A stretch of DNA of 63,978 bases, filler included, from a bacterium (GTDB lineage: Bacteria > UBA9089 > CG2-30-40-21 > SBAY01), in assembly GCA_040757115.1 (NCBI GenBank). It is 7 parts of 7 records of this genome, joined end to end, with 100 filler letters (N's around TTAATTAATTAA, not from the genome) between each part and the next. Parts side by side here need not be neighbours in the genome. Positions count along the whole stretch, not along the records: positions 1 to 5,815 come from JBFLYA010000235.1; positions 5,916 to 11,704 come from JBFLYA010000236.1; 5 more parts are not named here. One strand, 5' to 3'. Both the position numbers and the translations under genes were made by a program. Below are positions 1 through 10,685 of the stretch, one piece after another (position 1 is the first letter of the stretch; the number at the start of each line of letters is the position of its first letter). The notes beneath the pieces are model-generated. The model made no database searches and had not been told where the DNA came from. It saw only the letters and a program-made list of their open reading frames with translations.

Positions 1-1
1 T

Positions 2-1326
2 AATATATATTTAGCCATAGGGATATCAGAGTTTTACGGGCAAGATATAGAAGAGATTGGAAGTCCTGCTATTCCTATCGTAGTAAGAGAATTTGCTAAT
101 AGGAGAAATTGGAAGACAAGATTCTATTTAGGAAGCTTACTTGAAAGGTTGGTAGAAATCAGGGATAAAGAAGGATATTTTCTTAGACACAATACTCATA
201 CTGAATACAGTAACAATGTAGCTCAAGTTTTAGGGAAGATATTAGAGAATAAGAGGGAAAATATGTGGATAAGATGTGGAGCAGCAAAGGGGTTAATTGC
301 AGGAGGAGATAAGGCTATTGAACCTCTGGTAAGGGTATTAAGAACTATTCCTTTAGTAGATGATGAAAAGTCTAATCAAAAAGATAAGATGAGAAAGAAT
401 TTCTGTGGTAGGGAGCATTTCTGTCGTAGTGTATTGTATTCATTAGGAAATTTATTAGAAAACTCAGAGGATAAAAGATTAATAGAAGAGGCAATAGATG
501 CAATAAAGGATAAATTATATGATAAGAGCTTGAACTCGATGATGGGAATAAGTGTTATAGGTGCGTTGGGAGGGGGGTATTTAGTAAAAGAGCAAGAGAT
601 ATATTAATAGATGCGTTAAAGAATCATGAATATGGACATATCAAAACACAAGTTCCAGGAGCTTTGGGATTTGTATATAATCGTATTACAGACGAGGATG
701 AAAAAGAGAGAATAGTGGATGCATTAATAGAGGCAGCCACAGGAGGTTCATTAGAGGTTGAAGGATTTAGTGGTATAATACCAGGTCATAGGAATATATT
801 TGCTATTGAGATCTTAGGTAAGATAAAGGCGAAAAAGGCGGTTGAACCATTGATAGAGGCGTTGAAGGATGAAAATGAACAGGTTCGAAGGGATACAGCA
901 AGAGCATTAGCTAATATAGGTGATAAAAGAGTAGTGGAACCACTAATAGAATCTTTTAGAAGAGAAGAAAGTTGGGGTTGTAAAAGAATTATCGCATGGC
1001 AATTAGCTAAATTAGATGATAAAAGAGTAATTGAACCATTAGAAGAAGCTTTATCTGACCCAAAGAATGAAAAGATTAAAGGAGACTTAGCACTTGCATT
1101 AGGCAACATTGGAGATAAAAAGACGGTTGATTTGTTAATAGAGGTATTGGATGATGCAATAAAGGATAAGGATGAAATGGTAACATATGGTTGTTCTTTT
1201 GCACTATGTAAAATAGGGGATGAAAAGGCAATTCCATATGTAGAAAAGGCATTAAGGGAAGGAACATGGGATTATCACAAGGATTGGGTAGCAAAAGAAT
1301 TAAAAAAATTAAAAGGCAAAGATTAA
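2..1326 (+). pseudogene. HEAT/PBS-lyase repeat protein, 5'-truncated by the window edge and split by a frameshift in a G6 run (572-577)
   Basis: The frame of ORF 149..607 is open from base 2. The frame of ORF 664..1326 is open back to the G-run and reads GVFSKRARDILIDALKNHEYGHIKTQVPGALG, a continuous HEAT repeat. Repeats of the ALGNIGDKxAVEPLIEAL type. Confidence 0.7.
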
Positions 1327-1366
1327 TAAATATTAATCCTTGCCTAAAAAGAGGAGGATATCAAAA

Positions 1367-2647
1367 ATGGTTAAAAAAGTATCTTTATTAGGGTTGATTG
1401 GGTTATTGTTAGTAGTAGGAACTTCTGGCTATGCAGAGGTAAAACCAACATGGGAAATAGGGGATGCGGTATTTAGGCCCTTGCGTTTACCTCTTGTTGG
1501 GGGCTTTGGACATACTGGAATATACTGTTGTAGTCAGTCGGATAACAATAAGGTTAGTATTGGCACTGAATCCCCTTATCCCATTCAGATTACGGATAGT
1601 GATCTTAAGCATTCAATGATTCAAGGAAATGAAAAGGAGCCACCTCCTCCTTATAAGCCAGTGGATTTTGTTCCTTTAGAGTATGTCCTCCATGGAATGA
1701 TGCCCTATGGTGCGTATAATAACGGGGGTTTAAGTGCTTACCAGCGGAGAAAGATTGTTGCAACCGCTTATTTACAAGCAGTGAAGGGAGATTGTGTGTA
1801 TGAAGAGAAGAATCCAAATAGAATAAAATATCCTGCAACTAATGAAAATGGATGGAGAGGTTCTTTTAGATGTGATGGGTTTGTAGAATATTGCTATGAG
1901 CAGGTTAAACCAGGAGGGTTCTTTACTGATAGTGATGAGAAAGAGTGTTGGTCGAAGTTGTTGGATTTAAAATATGCTTACGGGATATGGCCTAAATTTT
2001 ATCCAACCGCATTAATGAAAAAGATGAAGAAAGCAGAAGCCAACCTCCCTGAGATAAAGAAGACGGAACTGTATAAAGATGGAAAGCCCCTTCTAGAGAT
2101 ATTTCCTTGGAGTAAAGTCACAGGAGCAATTGAGATTAAAGTGAAGGTAATGGATGGAGCAAGTGGCTCTGGAATTGATCGAGTAGAATTCTATTATACT
2201 GACCAAATATTAATTAACTTAATTGATAAAAAAGATGAAGATAAAGATGATGAAGGGATAATGGAAGAATATAGTTGTAATTGGGATGTCAGTAGTATTT
2301 CTCAATATCCTATGTGGCGGGCCTACGCTCGAGTATATGATCGTGCAGGAAATATGAGTGAAGGGGAAAAATTTGTAATTGGTAATTCTTATGATATTAC
2401 TGATGGCTTTTTTGTTATCATCGACCATACACCACCCCAGGTAGCCAGTACCACTCCTTCAAATGGGGATACGAAGATATATCTTGGTAAAAAGATCAGA
2501 GTTACCTTCTCTGAAGAGATGGCGACGGAAACGATTAATTCGGATACAATCCTGGTTAATAATGGTGCTATTGTTGGCTCGGTAACTTATGCTGAAGATT
2601 TAAGGACGGCTTTTTTTGTGCCTGATGAGGCTTTAGAAACAGTGTAA
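1367..2647 (+). CDS. Secreted permuted papain-like (NlpC/P60, YiiX/YebB/LRAT-type) enzyme with Ig-like domains, C-terminally truncated
   Basis: GAGGAGG SD before ATG 1367; signal peptide; His motif GHTGIY precedes Cys motif FRCDGFVEYCYE; Ig-like segments (GSGIDRVEFY..YDRAGN; DHTPPQVASTTPSNG..VTFSEEM); stops within the last Ig domain. Confidence 0.65.
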   Translation: MVKKVSLLGLIGLLLVVGTSGYAEVKPTWEIGDAVFRPLRLPLVGGFGHTGIYCCSQSDNNKVSIGTESPYPIQITDSDLKHSMIQGNEKEPPPPYKPVDFVPLEYVLHGMMPYGAYNNGGLSAYQRRKIVATAYLQAVKGDCVYEEKNPNRIKYPATNENGWRGSFRCDGFVEYCYEQVKPGGFFTDSDEKECWSKLLDLKYAYGIWPKFYPTALMKKMKKAEANLPEIKKTELYKDGKPLLEIFPWSKVTGAIEIKVKVMDGASGSGIDRVEFYYTDQILINLIDKKDEDKDDEGIMEEYSCNWDVSSISQYPMWRAYARVYDRAGNMSEGEKFVIGNSYDITDGFFVIIDHTPPQVASTTPSNGDTKIYLGKKIRVTFSEEMATETINSDTILVNNGAIVGSVTYAEDLRTAFFVPDEALETV

Positions 2648-2671
2648 GTAAGGGAAAATGGGAAATTTTTG

Positions 2672-2701
2672 TTGACTTGATTGATGATTAAGGAGTATAA
2701 T
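2672..2701 (+). promoter_or_regulatory. sigma70-type promoter TTGACT-N18-TATAAT
   Basis: Direct match to consensus; same architecture recurs at 5716-5744. Confidence 0.6.
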
Positions 2702-2710
2702 ATTTGTAAT

Positions 2711-4426
2711 ATGAAAAAAAGAGAATGGTTAGGGGTTAGTTTAATACTGGTAATTAGTTCTCTGATGCTTGGGTGTATCCAAGGAAGTAAGAAGTTAGAA
2801 GTTGGAAGTAGAGAGGTAAAGGAAGAAAAAGTAGTCCAATCTCAGGTAAAATTAGATACAAAAACACCAGCATCTAACAAAGAACAAATAAAGGTAGAGT
2901 CAGAAAAAACAGCTCAATATGTTGAGTCTGGATTATCAAAAGAAGAGAGAAAAAAGATTAGGAAGAGAATATTGGGAATTGTTGATAAATTTGAGAAACT
3001 TTCTACAAGTGAAATAATAGAAGAGCGGTTAAAGAAAGGTGTGCCAATACCAGAAGAAAAAGCAGAGAAAGAAGCAGTAGAAATAGAGCAAATGTTGAAC
3101 GAGCTGATAAGTCTTGGGAAAACAAATATCTCCCCTTTGATAGAAGTAATCAAAGATAAAAAGAGAAATGCAACATTTCGAGCGGGCTTAATACAAATAG
3201 TCGCCAGTCAGATAAAAGATAAAAGGATGATTAACCCTTTGATAGATATTGCTAAAGATATGAAAGAGGATATAGAGGTTCGCAATACAGCAGCCTCTGC
3301 GTTGAAAGAATGGTTTGGCGAAGAAGCACCTGAGGTTAAAGTTAGCGAAAAGGAGATAAAAAAGATTGAGCAGAAGGTGAGGAAGATAATTGATAGTATA
3401 GATAGGAAGTGTAAAATGATAGAGGAAGTGGGGAAGAAGAGGGACTATGATGATCCATTCTGTGACACAATGATATTGGATTTGATGATAGCAAGAGATA
3501 TAGAGAGCCTGACGACAATAAGTAGAGAAGGAGCACCATTCATGATAGAAGCAATGAAGGATAAAAATAGACATTGGTATTGTAGAATGCAGGTGTTTAT
3601 GATACTAATAATAGATAGTAAGGATAAGAGGGCAACTAAGCCAGCAATGGAGATATTAAGGGATAGAGGTGAAAATAGTAGGTTTCGAGGTGCGATAGTG
3701 TGTACATTATCTAGTAATGGTTTTGTTAAAACTGAAGATATACTGGGAGTATTAAAGGATGAGAGAGATGGTTGGGTTCGAACTGAAATAATAAGAGGGT
3801 TAGGGTTTCTAGGAGATGAAAAAGCGATAGAGTCATTAGTAGAGGCATTAGATGATAAGGATGAGTTAGTGGCAGTAACCGCTGTTCGGGGATTAGGAGA
3901 GATAGGTGGAGAAAAGGTAGTAGAGCCGTTAATAAATGCTTTAAAGAACAATAGACATGCGTTAGTTCGAGCAAATGCATCTAATGCTTTAGCTAATACG
4001 AAGAGTAAGCGGGTAATTAAGCCGTTGATAGAGAACTTAAAAAAAGGTGATATGTTTGCCGCTAAAGCTTTAGGGGAGTTAGGGAAAGAGATAACAGGTG
4101 AGGATAAAGATAGGATAGTGGAGGCGCTGATTAATAATGGATTAGAAATATACAAAAAGTATCCTGATTGGTTGACATGGAGTGCTGCTACCAATGCTTT
4201 GGGCGAGATAGGAGATAAAAGAGCAGTTGAGCCATTATTGGAAGCACTTCAAAGTGAAGCAGTAATTAAGAGGCATCCTGAGTGTATAATAGAAGCATTA
4301 GGTAAAATAGGTGATGAAAGAGCAATTGAACCTTTAGAAAAGGCATTAAAAGATGAAAGATATAAAAATGCAAAGAATAATTTAATTTATGTACTACAGA
4401 AACTTACAGGTAAAAAATACAAGTAA
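2711..4426 (+). CDS. HEAT-repeat lipoprotein
   Basis: MKKREWLGVSLILVISSLMLGC lipobox when started at ATG 2711; many ALGEIGDxRAVEPL repeats. Confidence 0.8.
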   Translation: MKKREWLGVSLILVISSLMLGCIQGSKKLEVGSREVKEEKVVQSQVKLDTKTPASNKEQIKVESEKTAQYVESGLSKEERKKIRKRILGIVDKFEKLSTSEIIEERLKKGVPIPEEKAEKEAVEIEQMLNELISLGKTNISPLIEVIKDKKRNATFRAGLIQIVASQIKDKRMINPLIDIAKDMKEDIEVRNTAASALKEWFGEEAPEVKVSEKEIKKIEQKVRKIIDSIDRKCKMIEEVGKKRDYDDPFCDTMILDLMIARDIESLTTISREGAPFMIEAMKDKNRHWYCRMQVFMILIIDSKDKRATKPAMEILRDRGENSRFRGAIVCTLSSNGFVKTEDILGVLKDERDGWVRTEIIRGLGFLGDEKAIESLVEALDDKDELVAVTAVRGLGEIGGEKVVEPLINALKNNRHALVRANASNALANTKSKRVIKPLIENLKKGDMFAAKALGELGKEITGEDKDRIVEALINNGLEIYKKYPDWLTWSAATNALGEIGDKRAVEPLLEALQSEAVIKRHPECIIEALGKIGDERAIEPLEKALKDERYKNAKNNLIYVLQKLTGKKYK

Positions 4427-4462
4427 TTAATTTCTAATACTTTTGCAAAATGAAGGTTAGTC

Positions 4463-4544
4463 GTCATTGCGGGGAGCGAAACGACAGAGTAATCTTGCTG
4501 TCTTCTAACTACTGAGAGATTGCTTCACTATCGCTCGCAATGAT
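4463..4544. repeat. Palindromic intergenic repeat (GTCATTGCG...GAGATTGCTTC...CGCAATGA type)
   Basis: Terminal inverted arms TCATTGCG/CGCAATGA; resembles the widespread 'VIASEAKQS/DCFASLAMT' repeat. Confidence 0.6.
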
Positions 4545-4598
4545 AAATTATCCTATTTTGCATAAATCTAATAATTTCTTTAAAAGGAGGTAAAAGAT

Positions 4599-5681
4599 AT
4601 GTATAAGTTAAGTAAAAGCAAGGTATTAGGATTAACCATCTTTGTAATATTAATAGCCAGAGGGGATTTGTTTGCCAAGACAATTCCAGATTGTGAGATA
4701 GGAGATGCTGTATTCAGATATAAGCAATACGAAGATATCTTAGGAGTAGGATTCCACCATGCCGGGATTTACTTTTGCTCACATTCTAAAGGTGATGAGG
4801 TCTATGTTCAAACAGAAGATCCATATTACATCAAAATTACAGGTTCTGACCTTCAACATAGTGTAATTGAGGCAGTTGGATATGGTGGTCCAATAAGTTG
4901 CCAACCATTTGTTGAAAGGTATATTATCTACCCCGGTGGGTATAAAGGGGCATATAATAGTGGTACTTTGGATGCTTACAAACGCAGGAAGATCATTGCC
5001 GCTGCATGGGAGCAGAAAGGGAAAAAATATGCTACTGGAAATCCAAGACATCCGTTCAATGAGAAACCAACAGACATTAAGTCTCCTGGCAACTCCTTTA
5101 GATGTGATGGCTTGGTAGAGTATTGTTATGAGGTAATACAATATCGAGGTATAGATAGTGGAGGGAATCCCTGTGATAATTATGGTTTCTTCTCATCATG
5201 GGAGGAGAAGAATTGTTGGTTTTTTGGAATACCGGGGATAATCCACGCTGTATCAGCTGCTTTCTTCGTTAAAAAAGATGCATTTTACCCTAAGGCATTA
5301 TTGGCAAGGATGAAAAAGGCATCAGGAAAGCAACTTAGTACTTCCCCTCAAATCTTTAGTTTTGATTTGTATAAAGATGGAAAAGAGATTGCAGAAGGTG
5401 GGTTGCTTAAAAAGAATGATGTCGTGACTGTCAAAACTTTTGTTACTGATGGAGATAAAGGCTCTGGTATCGATCGAGTAGAGCTTTATTATCAGGAAGT
5501 CTATGGACAATTACTTGGTAAAGGGACTCTTACTTTAATTACTACTTTAGATGATGATGAAGATATTGGAAAAGAATCCAGCTATGATTGGACTGTACCT
5601 TCAACTACTATTACATTTTTAGATTGTGAAGTATCTGCTGTGGCTTATGATAGAACAGGAAACACAATCAGAACGGTGTAA
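4599..5681 (+). CDS. Second secreted permuted papain-like enzyme, paralogue of 1367..2647, truncated after the first Ig-like domain
   Basis: AGGAGG SD; signal peptide; EIGDAVFR, HHAGIY, FRCDGLVEYCYE, FYPKAL and GSGIDRVE motifs shared with the first copy. Confidence 0.65.
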   Translation: MYKLSKSKVLGLTIFVILIARGDLFAKTIPDCEIGDAVFRYKQYEDILGVGFHHAGIYFCSHSKGDEVYVQTEDPYYIKITGSDLQHSVIEAVGYGGPISCQPFVERYIIYPGGYKGAYNSGTLDAYKRRKIIAAAWEQKGKKYATGNPRHPFNEKPTDIKSPGNSFRCDGLVEYCYEVIQYRGIDSGGNPCDNYGFFSSWEEKNCWFFGIPGIIHAVSAAFFVKKDAFYPKALLARMKKASGKQLSTSPQIFSFDLYKDGKEIAEGGLLKKNDVVTVKTFVTDGDKGSGIDRVELYYQEVYGQLLGKGTLTLITTLDDDEDIGKESSYDWTVPSTTITFLDCEVSAVAYDRTGNTIRTV

Positions 5682-5715
5682 GTAAGGGAAAATGGGAAAA
5701 AGGGAAATTTTTTTG

Positions 5716-5744
5716 TTGACTTGTCTAAAATAAAAGAGTATAAT
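5716..5744 (+). promoter_or_regulatory. sigma70-type promoter TTGACT-N17-TATAAT
   Basis: Direct match to consensus. Confidence 0.65.
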
Positions 5745-5753
5745 GGTAATATC

Positions 5754-5815
5754 ATGGAATTAGTAATCAGTAAGCGGTTGTATTTAGTCTTTAGTGGATT
5801 ATTGATACTGTTGGT
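5754..5815 (+). CDS. Start of a probable third exported protein, cut by the contig end
   Basis: MELVISKRLYLVFSGLLILL is signal-peptide-like and lies at the same distance from the promoter as ATG 2711. Confidence 0.4.
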
Positions 5816-5915
5816 NNNNNNNNNNNNNNNNNNNNNNNNNNNNNNNNNNNNNNNNNNNNTTAATTAATTAANNNNNNNNNNNNNNNNNNNNNNNNNNNNN
5901 NNNNNNNNNNNNNNN
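5816..5915. other. Artificial contig linker
   Basis: 100 nt of N with central TTAATTAATTAA (stops in all six frames). Confidence 0.97.
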
Positions 5916-6037
5916 TGTGGAAAACAACAAATTTCCATAAATTTCTATTAGTTTCTATTAATTTCAATTTTTTTAATAATATCTCCCTATCTCCTTAATC
6001 TCCACATCTCCTTTTGTTACACCACCTGAACGCTTAC
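5916..6037. mobile_element. Half of the 225-bp GTAA-ended MITE
   Basis: Matches the reverse complement of the start of 59993..60217; ends CCTGAACGCTTAC. Confidence 0.8.
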
Positions 6038-6193
6038 AAAAATCTGCGTCATACGAACTTTGGAACTTGGAATTTGGAATTTATTTGGTATTTGGTGCTT
6101 GTAATTTGGAATTTCTGCTTGGATGCTTACAATCCGTCCAGTAAAAGATATGGGTAAAGATTAAATATTTTGCTGGGGATGTATTCTTGTGGT

Positions 6194-6946
6194 TTATATT
6201 TCCCAAAATTTCCATTTCTTAAATTCGGGCATAACCGCATAATTAGTCATATCCAGATGAAGTGGGGTAATCGAGATTTTACCTTCTTTAATTGCTCTAA
6301 CATCTGTTCCTTCCGCCCCTTCTTCATCCATAACACATTTACTGCCAATCCAGTAATAAACCTTTCCTCTTGGGTCAGTTCTTTTAATTAATTCTTCCTG
6401 ATATGTGCGTTTTCCCAGATGGGTAATAGATACACCTTTAATTTCTTCTTCAGATAAATTAGGCACATTGATATTTAAGAAAGTATGAGATGGTAGCCCG
6501 TGTTTTAAGATAAGGTTAGCAATTTTGCAAGCAAATTTTCCTGCAAAATCAAATTTTAGGTCTTTATAATCGCCCATTGAAATAGAAAAAGAAGGTATAT
6601 TTAAAAGTGTTCCTTCCATAGCCGCAGAAATCGTGCCTGAGTAGGTTACATCCTCACCTAAATTAGGACCTGGGTTAATGCCAGAGACGATTAAATCGGG
6701 TCTTTTGGGTAAAATACCTAAAACACTGATATTGATACAATCCGCGGGTGTTCCATCCGTTACAAAGGTATCTTCATCAATCTCGTCAACACGGATAGGA
6801 TGCGTTAAGGTCAATGAATGTCCTGATGCACTCCTTTCACGGTCAGGGGCAATAATCGTTACTTTACCCACCTTGCTTAAACTCTCTCGTAAAATATGTA
6901 ATCCTTGTGCCTTTATCCCATCATCATTAGTCAGTAATATGTTCAT
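6194..6946 (-). CDS. surE: 5'/3'-nucleotidase SurE
   Basis: ILLTNDDG, GTPADC, SGINPGPNLG, YSGT motifs. Confidence 0.97.
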   Translation of the reverse strand: MNILLTNDDGIKAQGLHILRESLSKVGKVTIIAPDRERSASGHSLTLTHPIRVDEIDEDTFVTDGTPADCINISVLGILPKRPDLIVSGINPGPNLGEDVTYSGTISAAMEGTLLNIPSFSISMGDYKDLKFDFAGKFACKIANLILKHGLPSHTFLNINVPNLSEEEIKGVSITHLGKRTYQEELIKRTDPRGKVYYWIGSKCVMDEEGAEGTDVRAIKEGKISITPLHLDMTNYAVMPEFKKWKFWEI

Positions 6947-7128
6947 CTAATCTTTAAATATACCATATTGAACTTCCTATGTCAATAAATTTTCTCTTGA
7001 CGAAGTAATAATTTTGTGATATAGTTATAATCAATAATTATTTAACCAATTACTATATGGCTTCACGAAATTAAAAACAAGTAACTAACTACCATTCACC
7101 AGTTACCAATTGCCAAAAATAAGGAGAG

Positions 7129-8724
7129 ATGATGAAATTTAAAAATGGAATTTATCCAAAATTAACTGATTTAATTGACCGTTCTACACTTAAAGAAATT
7201 CAAGATAGTTTAGCTCAAACATTTGAAACAGGTGTAGTAATTATAGATAGAAAAGATAAACTGCATATTCCATTGGGTAGCGTGAATAAATTTTGTATGT
7301 GTATTAAAGGAACTAAAGAAGGCAAAAAAAGATGCAGTGAATTTTTAGATAAAATAAAAGAGATAGATAAACCCAAAGAATTAATTTGTCCAATGGGCTT
7401 ATCGTGTCTGGTTACCCCAATAATCACTGATGAAGTCTTGATAGGATGGATAGTTGTAGAAGGATTACTTACTTCTCGTTCAAAGGTTTCATCTCTGGTT
7501 AAAAAATTACCTTCTGAATTTGATATTGCCAGACTAACTTCTGTTTTAAAAAGAATGAGTGTTCTTTCTAAAAAGAATATTGAGGCACGAAAGACACATC
7601 TTTTTTCCATTATTCATCTAATATCTACCTTGTGTCACCGAAAGTATCAACTGGATAAAAGAAACATAGAACTTTCAGGATTATTTGAGATAAACAAAAC
7701 TATTATTTCAACGATGGATTTAAGAAAGGTGCTTATGTCCATAGTCAATGCCGCGGCTACAACTATGGGTTTGAAAAAATGTGCCGTTAGATTGTTAGAT
7801 GAAAAAGGTAAAGCACTTGTTATGACCACTTCTTGTGGATTAAGTAAGGAGTATCTTAAAAAAACAGAGGTTCTGGTAGGAAAGAGTATTGTAGGAAGGG
7901 TTGTTAAGGAGAAAAAACCTATATTTGTCAGCAATACTCAGGAAGATAAACGACTTGAAGACCCATCTAGAACACGGAAAGAAAATATTGCCTCATTACT
8001 TTCTGTGCCGTTAATCTTTCAAAATAGAGTGTTAGGAACAATCACTGTTTATTCCAGCCAAATACATAAATTTACAGATGATGAAATTGATGTTCTCTCT
8101 AACTTAGCCGACCAGGCGGCGATTGCTATTGAAAATATACGATTATTTGTGTTGAGAAGTGAAGGAATAATTAGTATCACCCAGTCATTAGGAGAAACGA
8201 TTGAGGCAAAGGATACCTATACAAAAGGGCATTGTGAAAATGTGGCAAATTATGCCGTAGCTATTGCCAATAATTTAGGATTACCTGAAGACCACTTAAA
8301 TGATATTTACCTGGCGGGATTGTTTCATGATATAGGCAAAATTGGTGTAAGCGAAAAGATACTTTTGAAACCAGGTCCATTAACATTAGAAGAATTTAAT
8401 GATATGAAAAAACATCCAACGATTAGTGTCAATATTTTATCTCCAATAGACTTTAATAAAGAAATCCTTTCTGTTGTTCATCAACATCATGAACGAGTAG
8501 ATGGTAAAGGGTATCCATATGGTATTTTTGATATTACTTTAGGTGCTCGAATAATAGAAATAGCCGATGCCTATGATGCAATGACATCTGATAGACCATA
8601 CCGTAAAGCATTATCTAAATCTGATGCAATAATGGAATTGAAAAGATGTGCCGGAATGCAATTTGACCCGAAAATAGTTGAGGTATTTATAAAAATATTG
8701 GAGGAGGAAAAAGAAAGTCAATAG
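7129..8724 (+). CDS. PocR-sensor + GAF + HD-GYP c-di-GMP phosphodiesterase
   Basis: N-terminal PocR-like Cys pattern (FC..C..CPMGL); GAF (LLSVPL..LADQAAIAIEN); HDIGKIG, HHERVDGKGYPYG, ADAYDAMTSDRPYR. Confidence 0.88.
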   Translation: MMKFKNGIYPKLTDLIDRSTLKEIQDSLAQTFETGVVIIDRKDKLHIPLGSVNKFCMCIKGTKEGKKRCSEFLDKIKEIDKPKELICPMGLSCLVTPIITDEVLIGWIVVEGLLTSRSKVSSLVKKLPSEFDIARLTSVLKRMSVLSKKNIEARKTHLFSIIHLISTLCHRKYQLDKRNIELSGLFEINKTIISTMDLRKVLMSIVNAAATTMGLKKCAVRLLDEKGKALVMTTSCGLSKEYLKKTEVLVGKSIVGRVVKEKKPIFVSNTQEDKRLEDPSRTRKENIASLLSVPLIFQNRVLGTITVYSSQIHKFTDDEIDVLSNLADQAAIAIENIRLFVLRSEGIISITQSLGETIEAKDTYTKGHCENVANYAVAIANNLGLPEDHLNDIYLAGLFHDIGKIGVSEKILLKPGPLTLEEFNDMKKHPTISVNILSPIDFNKEILSVVHQHHERVDGKGYPYGIFDITLGARIIEIADAYDAMTSDRPYRKALSKSDAIMELKRCAGMQFDPKIVEVFIKILEEEKESQ

Positions 8725-8737
8725 TGATACCCTATCT

Positions 8738-9154
8738 TTACACTAATTCCTTACCCATAGTTGCCAGACTTAAGGAGCTATATTTTACACCTCTTGTTGA
8801 TTTTAACTGATGTGCCAAATTTTCAATTTCATCAGATTTTCCTTTGACAACGACTATCTCCAGACAATTATCATGGTCAAGATGGATATGCTGGGTAGAA
8901 ATAATCAGATGGTGAAAATTATGTTGGATGTCCATTAAGGTATTCACCAGCTCTCGCTGGTGATGGTCATAAACAAGGGTAATTGTTCCTGCAATTTCTT
9001 TTCCTGCTACCCATTCCTTTTTTACCAAACTTTCCCGAATCAAATCACGAATAGCCTCAGAACGATTGGTGTAATTTTGGGAATGGATAAGTTTATCAAA
9101 CCTTTCCAGAAGTTTTTTATCCAGAGAAACTCCAAACCGAATTAATTCACTCAT
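8738..9154 (-). CDS. nikR: Nickel-responsive regulator NikR
   Basis: RFGVSL ribbon, NRSEAIRDLIR, YDHH, HIHLDHDNCLE. Confidence 0.95.
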   Translation of the reverse strand: MSELIRFGVSLDKKLLERFDKLIHSQNYTNRSEAIRDLIRESLVKKEWVAGKEIAGTITLVYDHHQRELVNTLMDIQHNFHHLIISTQHIHLDHDNCLEIVVVKGKSDEIENLAHQLKSTRGVKYSSLSLATMGKELV

Positions 9155-9174
9155 TGAATACCCTCCTTTTTTTT

Positions 9175-9243
9175 CACCGCAGAGACGCAGAGAACGCAGA
9201 GAGAGAGATTATATTTTTCTGTGACCTCCGCGCCTCTGCGGTG
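9175..9243. repeat. CACCGCAGAG...CTCTGCGGTG palindromic repeat
   Basis: Inverted arms; the same motif occurs inside the elements at 10494 and 55289. Confidence 0.7.
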
Positions 9244-9279
9244 CATTACCCCTTAATCTGGAAATGTGCCAGGTTCAAT

Positions 9280-10287
9280 TCACAATTGAAGATATCCTCC
9301 CTTTTTAAGATGTGTGTAGGCTAAGGCAGTGGCTTTTCTGCCTCGTGGTGTGCGGTTGAGGAAACCAATCTGGATTAGAAATGGCTCATAAATATCTTCA
9401 ATCGTAGAAACATCCTCGCTTACCGCCACGGTTAAGGTATTAAGTCCAACAGGACCTCCACCGAATTTATCAATCAATGTCTCCATAATTTTGCGGTCCA
9501 TATTATCCAGACCTATTTCATCTATTTCAAATGCAGATAGGGCTATATCTGCTATTTGTTTGGTAATTTTACCTTCGCCTTTTACCTCTGCATAGTCTCG
9601 TATTCTTTTCAGGAGTCGATTAGCCACCCTTGGCGTTCTCCGACTGCGTTTGGCAATTTCCCAGCTGGCTTCTTCCTCTATTTCAATCCCTAAAATCTTT
9701 GAAGAACGATTGATTATCTTAAACATATCTTCTTCTTCATAAAATTCTAAGCGATTAACCACGCCAAATCTATCCCGAAGTGGTGAGGTTAGTTGTCCTG
9801 CCTTTGTTGTGGCACCGACTAAGGTAAATCTGGGTAAATCAAGTTTTATTGACCTGGCAGAAGGTCCTTTGCCAATCATAATATCTAATTTAAAATCTTC
9901 CATAGCTAAATATAGCAATTCTTCTACGGTTCGATTTATTCGATGAATCTCATCAATAAACAATACATCTTGTTCTGCAAGGTTAGTCAAGATAGCGGCA
10001 AGGTCACCGGGTCTTTCTAAAATAGGTCCTGAGGTCGTTTTGATATTTGTGCCCAGTTCGTGAGCAATAATATATGCCAATGTCGTCTTCCCCAATCCTG
10101 GCGGACCATAGAGCAAGATATGGTCAAGAGATTCCTTTCTCTTTAAAGCCGCTTGAATAAAAATAGACAAATTCTCTTTAATCTTATCCTGCCCAACAAA
10201 TTCAGCCATCTCCGCTGGACGAAGACTTTGTTCAATCTCTTTATCTTCAAAAGTTAATGTTGGAATAGTTAATCGTTCTTCGGTCAT
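9280..10287 (-). CDS. ruvB: Holliday junction helicase RuvB
   Basis: [37 protein letters not shown]. Confidence 0.97.
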   Translation of the reverse strand: MTEERLTIPTLTFEDKEIEQSLRPAEMAEFVGQDKIKENLSIFIQAALKRKESLDHILLYGPPGLGKTTLAYIIAHELGTNIKTTSGPILERPGDLAAILTNLAEQDVLFIDEIHRINRTVEELLYLAMEDFKLDIMIGKGPSARSIKLDLPRFTLVGATTKAGQLTSPLRDRFGVVNRLEFYEEEDMFKIINRSSKILGIEIEEEASWEIAKRSRRTPRVANRLLKRIRDYAEVKGEGKITKQIADIALSAFEIDEIGLDNMDRKIMETLIDKFGGGPVGLNTLTVAVSEDVSTIEDIYEPFLIQIGFLNRTPRGRKATALAYTHLKKGGYLQL

Positions 10288-10493
10288 ATTAATCTCCTGT
10301 ATTTGTTATTTGGAATGCGGAATTAATTTTTTTAGTTCGGTATTCCTACTTCTCACTTCCGCATTCATTAATTGGCATAAATGATTTTATCAGGAATTTC
10401 ATTTTATGTCAACAAAATTTCTATCCGCTTACCCCTTAGTAAAAAATGTCTTGACTTTTTAATGTTTTTCATGGTATATTTTAAACTAATTTT

Positions 10494-10633
10494 GTAACCG
10501 TTTAGATAGTAATTCACCGCAGAGACGCAAGAGTTTACAGAGAAGACATAGAAATAAATCAATTTTTCCCTCTTGAGAGGGGGTAGAAGTCTGTTTTTCT
10601 CTGCGTCTCTGTATCTGTGCGGTGAACGGTTAC
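10494..10633. mobile_element. GTAA-ended MITE
   Basis: Ends GTAACCGTTTAG / GTGAACGGTTAC; interior related to 55289..55535; no target duplication seen. Confidence 0.7.
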
Positions 10634-10685
10634 GACGAAAACACTAAATACATACAATCGTCCTCTTACCTTTTTTGAGGTATTT

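Noticed and set aside
3445-4194. Long antisense ORFs (also 60906..61475, 12508..13035, 27943..28401)
   Set aside because: Shadows of well-supported genes on the opposite strand.
5816-5915. TTAATTAATTAA palindrome within N-runs (six times)
   Set aside because: Identical 100-nt artificial linkers; no biology and no real adjacency across them.
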